DNA of 51,594 nucleotides, from positions 1 to 51,594 of the forward strand of contig JAQGDQ010001258.1 in the NCBI GenBank assembly GCA_030141605.1, written 5' to 3'. A model generated the notes under the pieces. That model did not search any database, was not told the DNA's origin, and worked only from the letters and a program-made list of their open reading frames with translations. This DNA comes from Tubiluchus corallicola. Its lineage: Eukaryota > Animalia > Priapulida. Below, in pieces: positions 13,105 to 25,280 of the stretch. Position 1 is the first letter of the stretch; each line of letters begins with the position of its first letter. Position numbers and translations under genes: made by a program.

Positions 13105-13469
13105 TAAGCCTTTTCACTGTTTCAGCGGTTGACGGTGATCGTGAAAATGTCAAAGGTTTAGCTGACCAGACAACGTATTTGTGTACACTTGACAATGCCT
13201 CGCAGGCCAAGCCATTGTAATACTAACAGTTTTAACAGTTAGCTAGAAACTTACCTAGTTTATTTTTTGTTCCCAAGCAGATCCTGCTAGTTAATCACTG
13301 TACGCCCAGACTAATGGATAACTAAATAAAGTTCGAACTCATGCGGCAGAAGACATTGCTTTACACGCTTGTCACGTGACGGTTGTAGCTAAGACGCGTT
13401 GCTGTGGTACACTTAACCTTTAACCTGCAGCAAATGCGCGTGCGCACAACGAAACTGTGAAAAGGCTCA
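13105..13469. mobile_element. MITE with about 19-bp terminal inverted repeats; related partial copy at 46101-46360
   Basis: TAAGCCTTTTCACTGTTTC (13105) versus GAAACTGTGAAAAGGCTCA (13451-13469), 17/19 complementary. Internal 13240-13470 aligns with 46101-46360. Confidence 0.7.
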
Positions 13470-13712
13470 TTGGCAAACTTGCAAGCATAAGTCTTTTCAT
13501 CTATTGCTACAAGCCGAATATACGTGATCCTCACCGTGGACTTAATATCAGATTACTGGCAATATATTAGGCTCAGGATTAAGAATGTATGCATAAAATA
13601 ATTAATTACTCAATGATTAATGCAGTCCTACTACCAATTAAGGAACTAATTGTATTTCTGCACATTGGTGGAAATGATTATTGCCACTGCAAACACGTGA
13701 CAAGTTCATTAA

Positions 13713-14262
13713 AGGAAAACCGGATGATTGTGTAAACATTAGTTCAGAATAAAGAATGCTCTAAAATATAGAAAACTACAATAGATTTTTTTAAATCAAA
13801 GCTTAGACTAAATAATAATTACCTCGAATACTCAAATTTCGTTAAACTTTCAAATCTACGCGCGGCTCAGTGAATCTACTAAAGATTGGCAACGGCGCCT
13901 TTTTGTCACATTCGCGTGGCCGACAAATAGAAAGCGGTACCATTATAAGCATGATCATGAACTGCTGTGTTAGTTTCTGACGTCATATGACGTAAAGCCA
14001 ATTTTTCGTGATATCATGCGTTTAAACAGTACTGTAACACTTATGCAAATATGCTTGATGCGCAAGGGAAGACGTCTGCCATTGCATAAACTGTGGTTAG
14101 TTTCTGACGTAAGCAATAACTGTGTTCCGTTGCCGTTAATTAACTTTCTAAGCTAATTATTCAAATATAAGGAATAATTGCTAACTTGTATAAGCAAGGA
14201 AATGCATATTTTTGGCAGTAAATTAAAATGAGATTGAGTCTCAACAATCGTCCGGTCTTCCT
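13713..14262. mobile_element. Kolobok-like MITE (550 bp), family B
   Basis: TTAA|AGGAAAACCGGATGATTGT ... ACAATCGTCCGGTCTTCCT|TTAA. A 19-bp TIR with 2 mismatches, TTAA TSD and AG..CT termini, as in the Kolobok superfamily. Confidence 0.8.
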
Positions 14263-14349
14263 TTAAGTAGCAAGTCATGAGGAACAAAACTGCAGTGAAT
14301 AGAATGCACCTCAGTAGGCACGTTCGCAACTTACATTGCCTGTAAATAT

Positions 14350-14748
14350 GTTAAAGCACTTCAGAAATAAAGCTTAAAACGTTCGTCTTAATTTTCTGTC
14401 ACTTACGTGTTGTCGTATTGCAAACAGGGCTTGCGTCACCAGCAATGCTGTATAAAACTGTAAATCTAAACCCCTGCGATGACTGTTATGCGCAACCATT
14501 TCAACGTTAAGTAGTTTGCTCAAAGTTTGAAAAATAATCTCAGCGTTCGTAGCACACACTTCGCTAAGTAAGCGAAAGTTTAAATTACTCTATAATGTCA
14601 ATAAGATCAATAATGTGATTTTTTGGTGAATCAGTGGTGCACACTGGGATGGCGATGCATTACCGTTTTACCAGGTGGTGCGAACATTTAAATTATTAAT
14701 AATTTCCTCTTTCAGTTACGTAAGTCTTTCAAACCGGTGAGCGTAATA
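14350..14748 (+). mobile_element. Old dispersed repeat, left part; interrupted by the Kolobok-like copy and resuming at about 15345-15415
   Basis: Aligns by eye with the reverse complement of about 37625-38115 (e.g. CAGTGGTGCACACTGGGATGGCG, CGTAGCACACACTTC). Confidence 0.7.
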
Positions 14749-14752
14749 TTAA

Positions 14753-15339
14753 AGTAAAAGAGGACGATTTTTCGTATCCTACCTCACTTCGAAGTACGGA
14801 AAAATACATACATTTTAACACACGTAATAATGTCAAAGCACTCTGATAATTAAACAGTAGGTTAAAAACTTAATTAGCAGCGGGCCAGCCCAGCTAGCGA
14901 TGACGTCACAAGCCTACAAACATTCCACGAGGTTGTTGCACGTGTTTGCGAAAGCGAAAATTGAAGTACAGTGCTACTGTACAACATTCAGTGTAATATT
15001 CAAAAACTCGCCAAATTTTAAGATAAAAATCGAAATTTTAAATTTACCGCCGTACTCACGCATGAGCACTCGAACATGTGTATTAGGTCACAAACGAACA
15101 GCTCTGAAATGAGAGGCTACAACATCTGTTTTACATGCAAAGCGTTTCCGAAATGCAGGCGCTAGTGCCCATCTAACTAGCAAACGGCGAAATGCATGTA
15201 ACAGCGAAGAACTAGTGGCGCGAACGTGAAATTGTCTTTGTGTGGTAACATCTTTCTCTAAAAACTAGCGCGTTCGCTTTCAATATTTTAAGGAGTAGAT
15301 TGTTTTGACCTGCAGTTTAGGATTGGGTTCGGTTTTCCT
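14753..15339 (+). mobile_element. Kolobok-like family A, full-length copy (587 bp)
   Basis: TTAA|AGTAAAAGAGGACGATTTTT ... GGGTTCGGTTTTCCT|TTAT, with internal homology to the other family A copies. Confidence 0.8.
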
Positions 15340-15911
15340 TTATGAAACGTAACACAACTTCGTATGAAAAGTTCTTTGTAATTTGTTCTAAATTTTCCTT
15401 TTGTTCCCATTTAAATCAATCAATCGTAATTTAACAGTAAGTCGTACGTGCCAGTAAGCTATCCAATTAACTGTGAAACCTGCAACGTATTTCATTATTG
15501 TTTTATCTTTCAAAACTGATAATTTCTAATTGCCGAGGAAAATTGTAATTAACGAGATAATATTATTATTTCTATTGATTTAGCGTTTTAACAAACTTTG
15601 CCAGAAAACATTAGGCTCATTAGAGTACATCTTCCGGCAATTGCTGTGAAATTTCTAAAATTGATCATTAATTCAGGCGCGATCCATAATAGAGATATTA
15701 GTGAAAACGCCAATGGAAAGTCAGATAATAAAAGCATTAGACAGTTTGTTGCCTGGGTAATCAGTATTGACAGGTGTTATAGGTATTATAATGTGTACGG
15801 TATATTTTATCATATTTCAAAATGGAATAGGACACGAAAAATCATATTGTTTTCCTTTAACTTTCTTAACCAAAGAATGTCTTGTTGCGTAATCATAATT
15901 AAGAAAGTTAA

Positions 15912-16511
15912 AGGAAAACAACATGATTTTTCTTATCCTACTCCATTTTGAAGTATGGTAAAATGTACACATTTTAATACCAATAATAGTGCTAACGTGT
16001 TTCTAATATGTTGAACACTTAATTAATGGCGGGCAAGCCCAGGTAGCGATGACGACACAAATGAACATAATTTTCAACAGCACAAGCACTCCACAACCGA
16101 GTTACACGTATTTGCGAAAGCAGAAATTGAAATACGGTGCTACTACCACATTCAGTGTGATAAATTCGTCAAATTTTGAGCTCAAAATTCAAATTCCTAG
16201 TTTATCGCTGTGCTCACTAATGAGCTGTCGATCGTACGCACTACGTCACAAATGAACAACACCTGAACTGAGAGCCTGAGAGGTACAGCTTGTTCTTTTT
16301 ATTCAACGCGCTTTCGTGCAGGCGCTAGTGCCCATCTAGCTAGCGATTGGCGAAATGAACATAGCAGCGAATAACTAGCCGCGCCAAGGCGTAATTACCT
16401 TTCTGGGTGATATTAATTCATTCAAGAAAGATATTCTTGAAAACCACACTTTCAGTGTTTCACAGGTTAGATGGTTTTGGGCTATAGTTTAAGATTGGGT
16501 CCGGTTCTTCT
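15912..16511 (+). mobile_element. Kolobok-like family A, full-length copy (600 bp)
   Basis: TTAA|AGGAAAACAACATGATTTTT ... GGGTCCGGTTCTTCT|TTAA. Confidence 0.8.
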
Positions 16512-17008
16512 TTAAATAATGAAAAAAGAGAAAGCATTTATTTTAGTCGTTCGCCTGATCGTTCTTCATCTTCATCATGCGGTCCTTCATGTAATCTTTC
16601 TTCTTTGTGTGCATGGATAGGTAGGCTGTAAACTTCGACAACTTATAGTGCTTCTGAAACCAACCAAGGACAGCGGGGAGAATACAGGACAAAGGACATG
16701 GAACACTTCTGTACCTTTTCATGACAAACAGAAATTCGACCCTGTAACTATTACACTTCCGCGTGAACCTGACAAAGCAAGAGACTGTTTTCATTACAGA
16801 CGCCTCATAAATAATAATAATTTCGTGGTAAAAAACGTTTCATAGTTTGGAGAAGGTGATTGGACAAGGTCGCTCAAAAAGATCGATGAGTCTATATAGT
16901 TTGTTTTATAATGTGACGTGGCTAGAAGAAGAGAGCAATGCGGCAAAGATCGACTCGACCAAAAAACTCATCTAAAATGGTCTAGTAAATTGGACAGATT
17001 TATTAATA

Positions 17009-17108
17009 CCATCGTCGTCGTCATCATCGTCATCATCGTCATCACCTTCATCATCGTCGTCGTCGTCATCATCATCATTATCATCATCATCATAATCATA
17101 ATCGTCAT

Positions 17109-17143
<35 letters not shown>

Positions 17144-17298
17144 CCACCACCACCACTCTCACCATCATCATCATCATCATCGTCATCAACTCCATCGTCA
17201 TTATCACCATTATCATCATCATCGTCATCATCATCGTCATCAACTCCATCGTCATTATCACCATTATCATCATCATCGTCATCATCATCATCAACACT

Positions 17299-17357
<59 letters not shown>
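17009..17357. repeat. Compound (ATC/GTC/AGC/ACC)n trinucleotide repeat
   Basis: Direct reading. Confidence 0.95.
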
Positions 17358-18754
17358 TATATATAATATTCTAATTACATAATAGGCCTATTTAGTATTG
17401 TTGGAATTGCCTACTAATATTTTGCTATAAAAATTTAATACGAAAGACATAGAACAGTGAAAGCAAGTTTTCGTGATTCAAATAAAACAACAACAAGATC
17501 CATTCTACATCATACAAGATTTAATAAACGATTTGTAATGAACAGTAATTGCTCTTACGATGCATTTATGCACAATATTTCAGTTAACGTGTCGCTTATA
17601 TGAAATTTCGTAGCACGCGGTACATCGATTGTGAACATAATGCACACTCACTTGAGAGATTCGTCGATGCAGATGCTTCCTTGGCATTATTTCTTAGCGA
17701 TTTGGCCATCTGAAACAGGCTTACTCAGCTATTCCCCAGGGATAGAATACAATCATCGCTAAATTAACATTCAGCGATAATAACGAATCTCTCAGATGGG
17801 ATTTCAGAACTTATTGTGCAGTTGCAAGGCACACGACTCTAAATACTCTTTGTTCTCGTCTGCCATAAATGCTGGGGATAGAGATTATTACTTGAAGAGA
17901 ATATCGTTATTGCTCGTCAATTGGACTATTACACGTAGCTTGGAAAATTACTACTTTCCCGTAATGAATTTGCAAAACTTTCGCGTTGATGTTATTATAA
18001 TAACCGTAATTATTTGGCGCACCGCTGTCTGACCTTGAAGAAAGACGAGCATAAGAATTTGATGATGAGTCTTTTTTCTACCGTGTTTTATTGTCGAGAA
18101 ATTTTGTTTCTGACCTGTTCTACATGCAAGATACGCATTATGCGAAATAATTTATGAGATTCGGTGTTTGCGTTGATGTATAGGGGACAGCTTTTATGCT
18201 ACCAGTTTGAACGTGTTAGCTTCTTGTATTGCATCGCATCGGTATCCATAAATAAGATTTTTTATATCAGAACGAAAGGCGACGTGTCATGTTCTGTCCT
18301 TTTTGCTAAAAGTTACTTGTTGACTATGAAGAAATTTGGTAGAATGATGCCGCATTATAAAATATGCAAGCAACTGAGAAAAATAAAAAATAAATCGGCA
18401 ATATCTTGACAGTTTCTGTAATTTTCAAAAATGTTGACAATGACAACCTAAATAGAAAACAAGAAAGCCACATAAGTAAACAAATAATTGTGAGTTACTA
18501 AAATTAGAATGGTTTTTCAAGTCCTTAAAGATATATCATTTTATTGCAGTAATTTGCTCTGGAGTACCACAAGGAAGTACGCGCGGACCACTTCTGTTGT
18601 TAATATTTATTACACTGCTAATTGGTTTTCTGAAATTTCCATGAATACCAAACTGCCAAACACTGGTATAGATTTAAAATGAGGTACCACCGCGTATAGA
18701 AAAGAGGAAAATTACCTGATGCATGGGTAAGCTAAACTGGTATGAATATTTTTC

Positions 18755-18787
18755 TGTAGCTGTTGCTTTTGCTGCTGTAGCTGTTGC

Positions 18788-18818
<31 letters not shown>

Positions 18819-19000
18819 GGTGATGGTGATGGTGATTGTTGTTGTTGTTGCTGCTGCTGTTGTTGGTGTGGCTGCTGCTGTTGCTGTCACTGTCGCTGTC
18901 GCTGTCGCTGCTGCTGCTGCTGCTGGTGGTGGTGGTGGTAGTTGCTCCTGCTGCTGCTGCTGTTGTTGTTGTTGTTGTTGTGGTTGTTGTTGTTGTTGTG
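18755..19000. repeat. Compound (GTT/GCT/GGT)n trinucleotide repeat
   Basis: Direct reading. Confidence 0.95.
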
Positions 19001-19454
19001 TGTACTTTCTATACAGTGCAGTATTGTAGTAATGTTAGTGCTAGTGTTGAGATTCTGCAAAAGAGGTAATCTTCTGTTAGCTGTAGGTACAGTATTCACA
19101 CAATTATACTGGTATAAAGGTGGATTTAGCAGAGTAGTCTGCTGCAGATGTAGAAAAGGTGATAATTAAACTGAAATTTCCCCCGAGGAAATTTCCAGAC
19201 AATTTTCTAGCTAAAGATTCGACGCTTTCTAAGTTTGAAGTGCTAATTATCACAGACGACATGCAAGTGACGTAATAGGATATTACCTTAGCCAGAAGGG
19301 GCAATTTTTACAACAGTTAATGGACGAGATCAGTACATTAGAAAAATTAGATTGCAGTGTGATACAGGCTTATATAAAGCTTTGTTGTCTGGAAATGTTT
19401 CTTTCAGTTATATGGTCATTTGATTTACATTACATCTAAAAGCTTTTGGGTTCA

Positions 19455-19940
19455 TATCTGTATCCTTATATCTATATCTATCTATAGCTACCTGGCTATA
19501 TATTTATATCTATGTCTACGTCTGTGTCTATGACTATGTCTACGTGCATGTGTACATGTCTATGTGTATGTCTGTGCCACAGTCTCTGTCTCTATCTCTG
19601 TCAGCGTCTATATCTATGTTTGTGTCTGTGATTCAATATATGTGTCTATGTCTATGTCTACGTCTATGTCTACGTTCTTGTCTATGTCTATGTCTATGTC
19701 TATGTCTATGTCTATGTCTATGTCTATGTCTATGTCTATGTCTATGTCTATGTCTATGTCTATGTCTATGTCTACGTCTACGTCTACGTCTACGTCTACG
19801 TCTACGTCTACGTCTACGTTTACGTCTACGTCTACGTCTATGTCTATGTCTATGTCTATGTCTCTATCTCTGTCGGTGTCTATGTCTACAAATGTCTTTG
19901 TCTGTGTCAGTCTTTGTATCTATGTCTATGTTTATGTCTC
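19455..19940. repeat. (TCTATG)n/(TCTACG)n hexanucleotide microsatellite with degenerate flanks
   Basis: Pure TCTATG run at 19681-19770, followed by a TCTACG run. Confidence 0.95.
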
Positions 19941-21271
19941 GGTTCTCACTCCCATTGCAGGAACTTTTGGCAGGAGGAATTGGGGGTGGGAAAATTTATT
20001 TCAGAGGAAAACTCCAACTTTTGAAAGAATGTTACACGTTTAATATACATGAAACGGGACTTGCAATTAATGTTGAGAAAGCTTTTTCTCTGTGTAATTT
20101 CTATAATAATTAAATGCAAATAATTTTAAAGATTTCACACGAATGAGATTACATAAATAAACACACCCAAAATTGATTTGATTTACGAAAAGTTGATGAT
20201 AGCTCTCGTCTTAATTTTGTTTCTGCTTGGTAGAAAAATAAATAGTTTATTGCAAAAATATTTGTAAGTACATTAGTTTGATTACATTTTCCATATAAAA
20301 TATTTAAGTTGAAATAAATCAAACGCCCACGCTTTTATAAGTAAGTCAACGTCAAACTTGTTTTCTTAGTAAATCTGCTTTAAGAAATAAAGCAAAATTG
20401 AACCAAATATTCTTCAAGTCAACATCGACGCCATATTATGAATTACAAGTTCCAATTCTAATTGCTGATCTTGTAAATTTGGAATTGTTCACGTGTTGTA
20501 TGTCGTTCTGTATACAACGGGTTTTAACATACGCATTTGTTGTTTTAGGTATAAACAGATACTTGAAGAATGAACCTTCAATATCCTTTGAAGTAAATTG
20601 TGGCTCGACTATATTTTAATAATAGAAGAGTTACTTTTGTTCTCAGATGTTCATGGTGTCACATTAACGTCAAATTTCGTTTGTTGTACTCTGACATTAA
20701 CTACAAAATGTGTCATTAATAATTTAACTAGAAGTAGGAGAAAGTGGCGCCACCATGATGTGGTGGTGTTTAAAGCTAACAGCAATATAGTAATGAAGTT
20801 TTTAAGCTTTTTATAATGTAGAGGAAAAGGGACCGAAACCGGAATCTTGGCTAGATTCCAACTGATAACACCTGGCGTAGTCGCATGCGTTGTGACCTTG
20901 ACCTCAAAGTCTTTGACATTGACCTTGTCAAGAATACTGTTGAACGTACCGTGCTTTTGTTACAGTTGGAATGCTGGAGTTTCGCTGGATTATTGCATAT
21001 AGTAAAGCTCTGTCCACACATTAAATTATTATTAACCTGTACCACTAAATTCGTGATATATTGCCATGCCAAGGTTAAAAGACAGAATTCTTAAGAGAAG
21101 CGTTGACTACAATCATGAACAAAAATCTTCGTTCATGGAGCAGCGATGTACCAATTACTATAGCCTGGGAGCTTATGAATAACCTATCAAGTAATTTCTC
21201 AAATTTTGGAGCATTCAATCGTTGTTTTGATCATTGTTCAAAACGTAACATAGAATGCATTACAAGAGAAG

Positions 21272-21556
21272 ATGCATTACATTACAAAGATTAGATTCGC
21301 CACTTACTTAATGTTAAATCCATCCGCAGAACAACATGAAATCTTTAACTTTAACCGTTTTGTTCTGTTTTCTCACAGACTGAAAGTTGAGACAGGACGA
21401 TGGCATAGACCCCCTATCCCACACGACTTAAGGCTGTGTCCCTGCAGTAACGCAGAGCAAGATGAAGAGCACGTCGTTACTGTTTGTGAATTAACAAAAG
21501 CCGTGAGAGAAAAATACAATGTAAATTTATTTAAGCAATCTTTTAGACTTTCGTAA
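21272..21556 (+). mobile_element. Non-LTR retrotransposon ORF2 C-terminal remnant (zinc-finger region)
   Basis: Translation SHRLKVETGRWHRPPIPHDLRLCPCSNAEQDEEHVVTVCELTKAVR matches the SHxLxxETGR...RxCxC...DExH...C pattern of LINE ORF2 C-termini. Confidence 0.8.
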
Positions 21557-22205
21557 TATCAACCCTTTAACCTGCGGCAAATTTTTAAGCGATATTCTTA
21601 ATTTATTTATGCAATTGACAGTTAAATTAGCTAAAATTTTTAGTATCACTAAATTATTATCTGGTTATTAATAACTTTTTGGATGTTATTATGCTAAAAT
21701 TTTACTGCCATTGCTGTGTATTTTGCGCTATATTTTTGGAAACAGTGTAAACTAATATTTGTGTCGCTTGTAACTTTTTCCCAATGCTGCATCTTATCAA
21801 ACGAAATGATAGCAAGCAAAAAGTAAGAAGTGAGAATGGCAGCTATAATTAAGACAGTCAGACTAATGAAAGCGCCTCGCTGTTATAACAGGAAATTGGA
21901 AAAAGACCGTCCAATTACGTACGACTTAATGAAAAGTTGCAGTTTCATTTTGCTTTGAAGGAAATTTTCTTTCTTTTCTGTCTCCCTTCCTGTTTCATGT
22001 ATCTCGCTTTTGCAGGTTTTTACAAAAACGTCAGCATCAAGCTCAAGGACAGGCGCGCATTAATACAATAATGATAGAAACATTAAATGAGGAAGAGTAA
22101 GTGAAATAAGTCGACCATTTGAAATACTTGCTGTTAAGCTCTTGAAATAGGTATCGTGGTAAGATGTGTTAATGTTGTACTAATTACAAAGTGGGAAGGT
22201 AATAC

Positions 22206-23039
22206 GAATCCAGGTAATAAAGTCACAGGCAAAAGGTCACAGGTGGAAATGTCACAAGAAAAGAGTCAGAGGGAAAAAACTCACAGGAAAAATGACCCTA
22301 ACCAAAATTAGAAATGACTCTAGCCCTAACCCTAATCCTTTACCCCAATCCTAACCCAAACCAAAATTAGAAACGGCTCAAACGTAACCCTAATCCCTTA
22401 CCCTAATCCTAACCCTAACCAAAATTAGAAATTGCTCAAACCCTAACCCTAATTCCCTACCCCAATCCTAACCAAAATTAGAAACTCTAAGCCTAACCCT
22501 AATCCCTTCCCCTGATCCTAACCCTAACCAAAATTAGAAATTGCTCTAACCCTAACCCTAATTCCTTACCCCAATCCTAACCAAAATTAGAAATCACTCT
22601 AAGCCTAACCCTAATCCTTTACCCCAATGCTAACCCTAACCGAAATTAGAAATGACTCAAACCTAACCTTAATCCCTCACCCTTACCCTAATCCTAACCA
22701 AAATGAGAAATGACCCTAACCCTAACCTCTTACCCTAATCCTGACCTTAAACAAAATTAGAAATGACTCTAACCCTAACCTCTTACCCTTATCCTGACCT
22801 TAACCAAAATTAGAAATGACTCTAACCCTAACCTCTTACCCTAATCTTAACCGTAACCAAAATTAGGAATGACTCTAACCCTAACCTCTTACCCTAATCT
22901 TAACCGTAACCAAAATTAGGAATAACCCTAACCCTAATCCCTTACCCTAATCATAATCCTAACCAAAGTTAAAATAATCCTAATCCTTACTCTGAGCAAA
23001 ATTACTTCTTTTTTCCTGCGACTTTATTACCGGTCACCG
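22206..23039. mobile_element. Inverted-repeat-bounded element carrying a telomere-like (CCCTAA) minisatellite
   Basis: GGTAATAAAGTCACAGG (22213-22229) and CCTGCGACTTTATTACC (23015-23031) are 16/17 complementary. Interior 22295-22990 has about 14 units of 45-55 bp made of CCCTAA variants plus CCAAAATTAGAAATGACT. Confidence 0.8.
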
Positions 23040-23055
23040 AAAATACAATGTCCTT

Positions 23056-23069
23056 CCACCAGGTGGCGC
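23056..23069 (+). promoter_or_regulatory. Candidate CTCF-binding site
   Basis: CCACCAGGTGGCGC matches the CTCF core consensus CCASYAGRKGGCRS. Motif match only. Confidence 0.45.
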
Positions 23070-23189
23070 GATTAAATGGTCACGAATTTCCCTTTCCAAA
23101 TACATTGATTTTTCAAACAGGTAAACATAATTCTAACTGACACAATACACTTGGTTCGTTGGGGTACATGCGTTGAAGTACGCCTTTAA

Positions 23190-23883
23190 AGGAAGACAGG
23201 ATCATTTTTAATATACTCCCCATTTTTCAAGTCCGATAAAAAAGTAAAAGTAAACATTTTAACGAAATAACTTAAAAGCAACCTCGTACCCAATCTTAAA
23301 CTGCTGGTCAAAGCAATCTACTCTTTAAAATATTGAAAAGAAACATACCATTTTTTCAAAAATGACTTACGTGAAAGAATTATTACCACACAAACACGAT
23401 TTCGCGTTCGCGCCATTAGTTCTTCGCTGTTACATGCATTTCGCCATTCGCTAGTTAGACGGGCACTAGCGCCTGCATTTCGCAAACGCATTGTACAAGA
23501 ACAGGTGCTATACCTCTCAGTTCAGATGTGTTAGTTTGTGACGAACTACACAAGTTCGGCATTTCATGCGTGAACACAGCGGTAAATTTGAAATTTGAAT
23601 TTTTATTTTAAAACCTGCCTAGTTTTACTACAACACACTGAATATCTTACAGTAGCACAGTACTTCAATTTTCGCTTTCGCAAACACGTGCAACACGTTC
23701 ATAGAATATTTTTGCTGTTGAAAATTATGTTAGTTTATGAGGTCATCACTTGTTGGGCTCCCTCGCTATTAATTAAGACTTTAATATATTCTTTAATTAT
23801 CAGAAACGCAGTAATAATTGTCTTCAATACTTTTCACCGTACTTGAAAATGGGGTAGTATATGAAAAATTACCTTGTCTTCCT
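23190..23883 (-). mobile_element. Kolobok-like family A, inverted full copy (about 23276-23883) preceded by a plus-strand 5'-end fragment (23190-23265)
   Basis: 23276-23883 is the reverse complement of the 34641 copy. 23190 begins TTAA|AGGAAGACAGGATCATTTTT. Confidence 0.8.
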
Positions 23884-24054
23884 GTAACATAATAGTGTGC
23901 TTGTATATACGTGTTTGTGTGCAGTTGATTTAACATTTATTTTTAGCAATTAGATTCTACTCAAGGCAATTCTAATTCCACAGGCTTTGTGTATTGCATT
24001 TTATATGGACTTAAGTCTGAAATCAAATTATAATCAATCAATAATCGAAATTAC

Positions 24055-24185
24055 CTTTATAGGTACGCAAATGAGAATGAGGAGGAGGTCGGCAGAGGCA
24101 AGACTCAGTAGAAATACATTGGTTATGCTTCTCATTCCTCTATACCTGGTGATGGAGAATATCACTAAAGAATTGCCTAGCATCC
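24055..24185 (-). CDS. Class A peptide GPCR, coding exon 2 (TM1 end, ICL1, TM2)
   Basis: Acceptor ttttttctattgcAG, then GG + MLGNSLVIFSITRYRGMRSITNVFLLSLASADLLLILICVPIK, then donor GTAATT (phase 0). Contains the TM1 GN motif, TNxF and the TM2 LAxxD...CxP motif of rhodopsin-family receptors. Confidence 0.95.
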
Positions 24186-24385
24186 CTGCAATAGAAAAAA
24201 ATGATTTCATATGATAAAATGACATTTGCCCATTCAATTCAATGATCTTTTTTATTTGGCTGATTTGCAACACGAAACGTTACAACTATATACATAATGA
24301 TAATTACAATACGACAATAAAAACGGGTACGGTTTGGAAATTGATCAGTCTCGAGCAGAGTAGGAACGTGAGCTTTCGAGACTCA

Positions 24386-24399
24386 CCACGAGATGGCGC
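24386..24399 (+). promoter_or_regulatory. Candidate CTCF-binding site
   Basis: CCACGAGATGGCGC, one mismatch to CCASYAGRKGGCRS. Motif match only. Confidence 0.35.
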
Positions 24400-24535
24400 A
24401 AACACATGCATGGCGCAGACAGAGTAATACATGCAATATATCTAAAAGTTAATTAATATTCAGTTAAAGGTAAAACAACAAACAAATGAGATTAGAAGTA
24501 CTTAAAAATGCCAATAAGCAGGTTAGGTAACGAGT

Positions 24536-24847
24536 TATAGGTTTTACACGTCAAATGTAGACACAGGAAACTTCAAATGTGACTTAGGTAACTCAAATGT
24601 AGACAAAGGAATTTCGAATGTGTTTTGGTAACTCAAATGTGACTTAGATAAGTCAAATGTAGACATAGGACATTTGACTTGACATGTGTCTACATTTGAC
24701 TTACCAAAAACGCTTCAGATTTGTTGAAAACCATTCTTAACACAGTTGAACTGCCAAAGTCTACATTTGAGTTACCAAGACACATTTGAATTACCTAAAT
24801 CTACATTTGAATTAACGCAGGTCTACATTTGACATGTAAAACCTATA
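24536..24847. mobile_element. TATAGG-ended MITE, family C (312 bp)
   Basis: TIR TATAGGTTTTACAYGTCAAATGTAGAC at both ends. Interior built from TCAAATGTAGAC/TCAAATGTGAC subrepeats. Confidence 0.85.
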
Positions 24848-25074
24848 GACTGTATTTCCGTATACTGAAGAAATAGATTTCAAAGGCAGACATGTACCGT
24901 TCAACGTGTAAATTTATTACTGCCGTTAGGAGCATGTGGACTTTGCTCTTTATTGTCCATTTGCTCGTTTTGTTTTCTCGGAATTTCACGCAAGACGGTT
25001 TTTGTGTGAGACCAGCAGGCTAATGCTTTCCACAGCTAATCCATTGACAACGTGTTTGATTGTAACAAATCAAA

Positions 25075-25280
25075 TATCTAGTTTTTAAACGTTGTAATTG
25101 AAATGCTTTTGTCCAACTAGGAATTTGAGCCCATTGTTGGATAGCAGTATATGAAGGATTTCGGTAACCGTAACTAGTGTGAATGGCAGGATGATAAAGG
25201 TTACCAACAGTTCTACGAGTAAGATAGTCATGAGTTTGGTGAACGGGAGGTAAATAATAGACAAATTTAGGAGGAAGGAG
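25075..25280 (-). mobile_element. LINE (CR1/L2-group-like) ORF2 3' remnant
   Basis: A frame not shown in the ORF track reads LLPPKFVYYLPPVHQTHDYLTRRTVGNLYHPAIHTSYGYRNPSYTAIQQWAQIPSWTK, the HxYxTR...TxYG...W..IP tail typical of these LINEs. Confidence 0.7.

Noticed and set aside
16543-16845. Overlapping ORFs on both strands as a nested gene exon
   Set aside because: No recognisable motif or partner exons; insufficient support.
22295-22990. True telomere or chromosome-fusion scar
   Set aside because: Repeats are degenerate, regularly interrupted by a fixed spacer, single-orientation, and enclosed by inverted repeats inside an intron.
24186-24273. 5' extension of the ORF-track entry 24034..24273 (MLQISQIKK...FFSIA)
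   Set aside because: Intronic read-through. A strong acceptor (ttttttctattgcag) defines the exon start at 24185.
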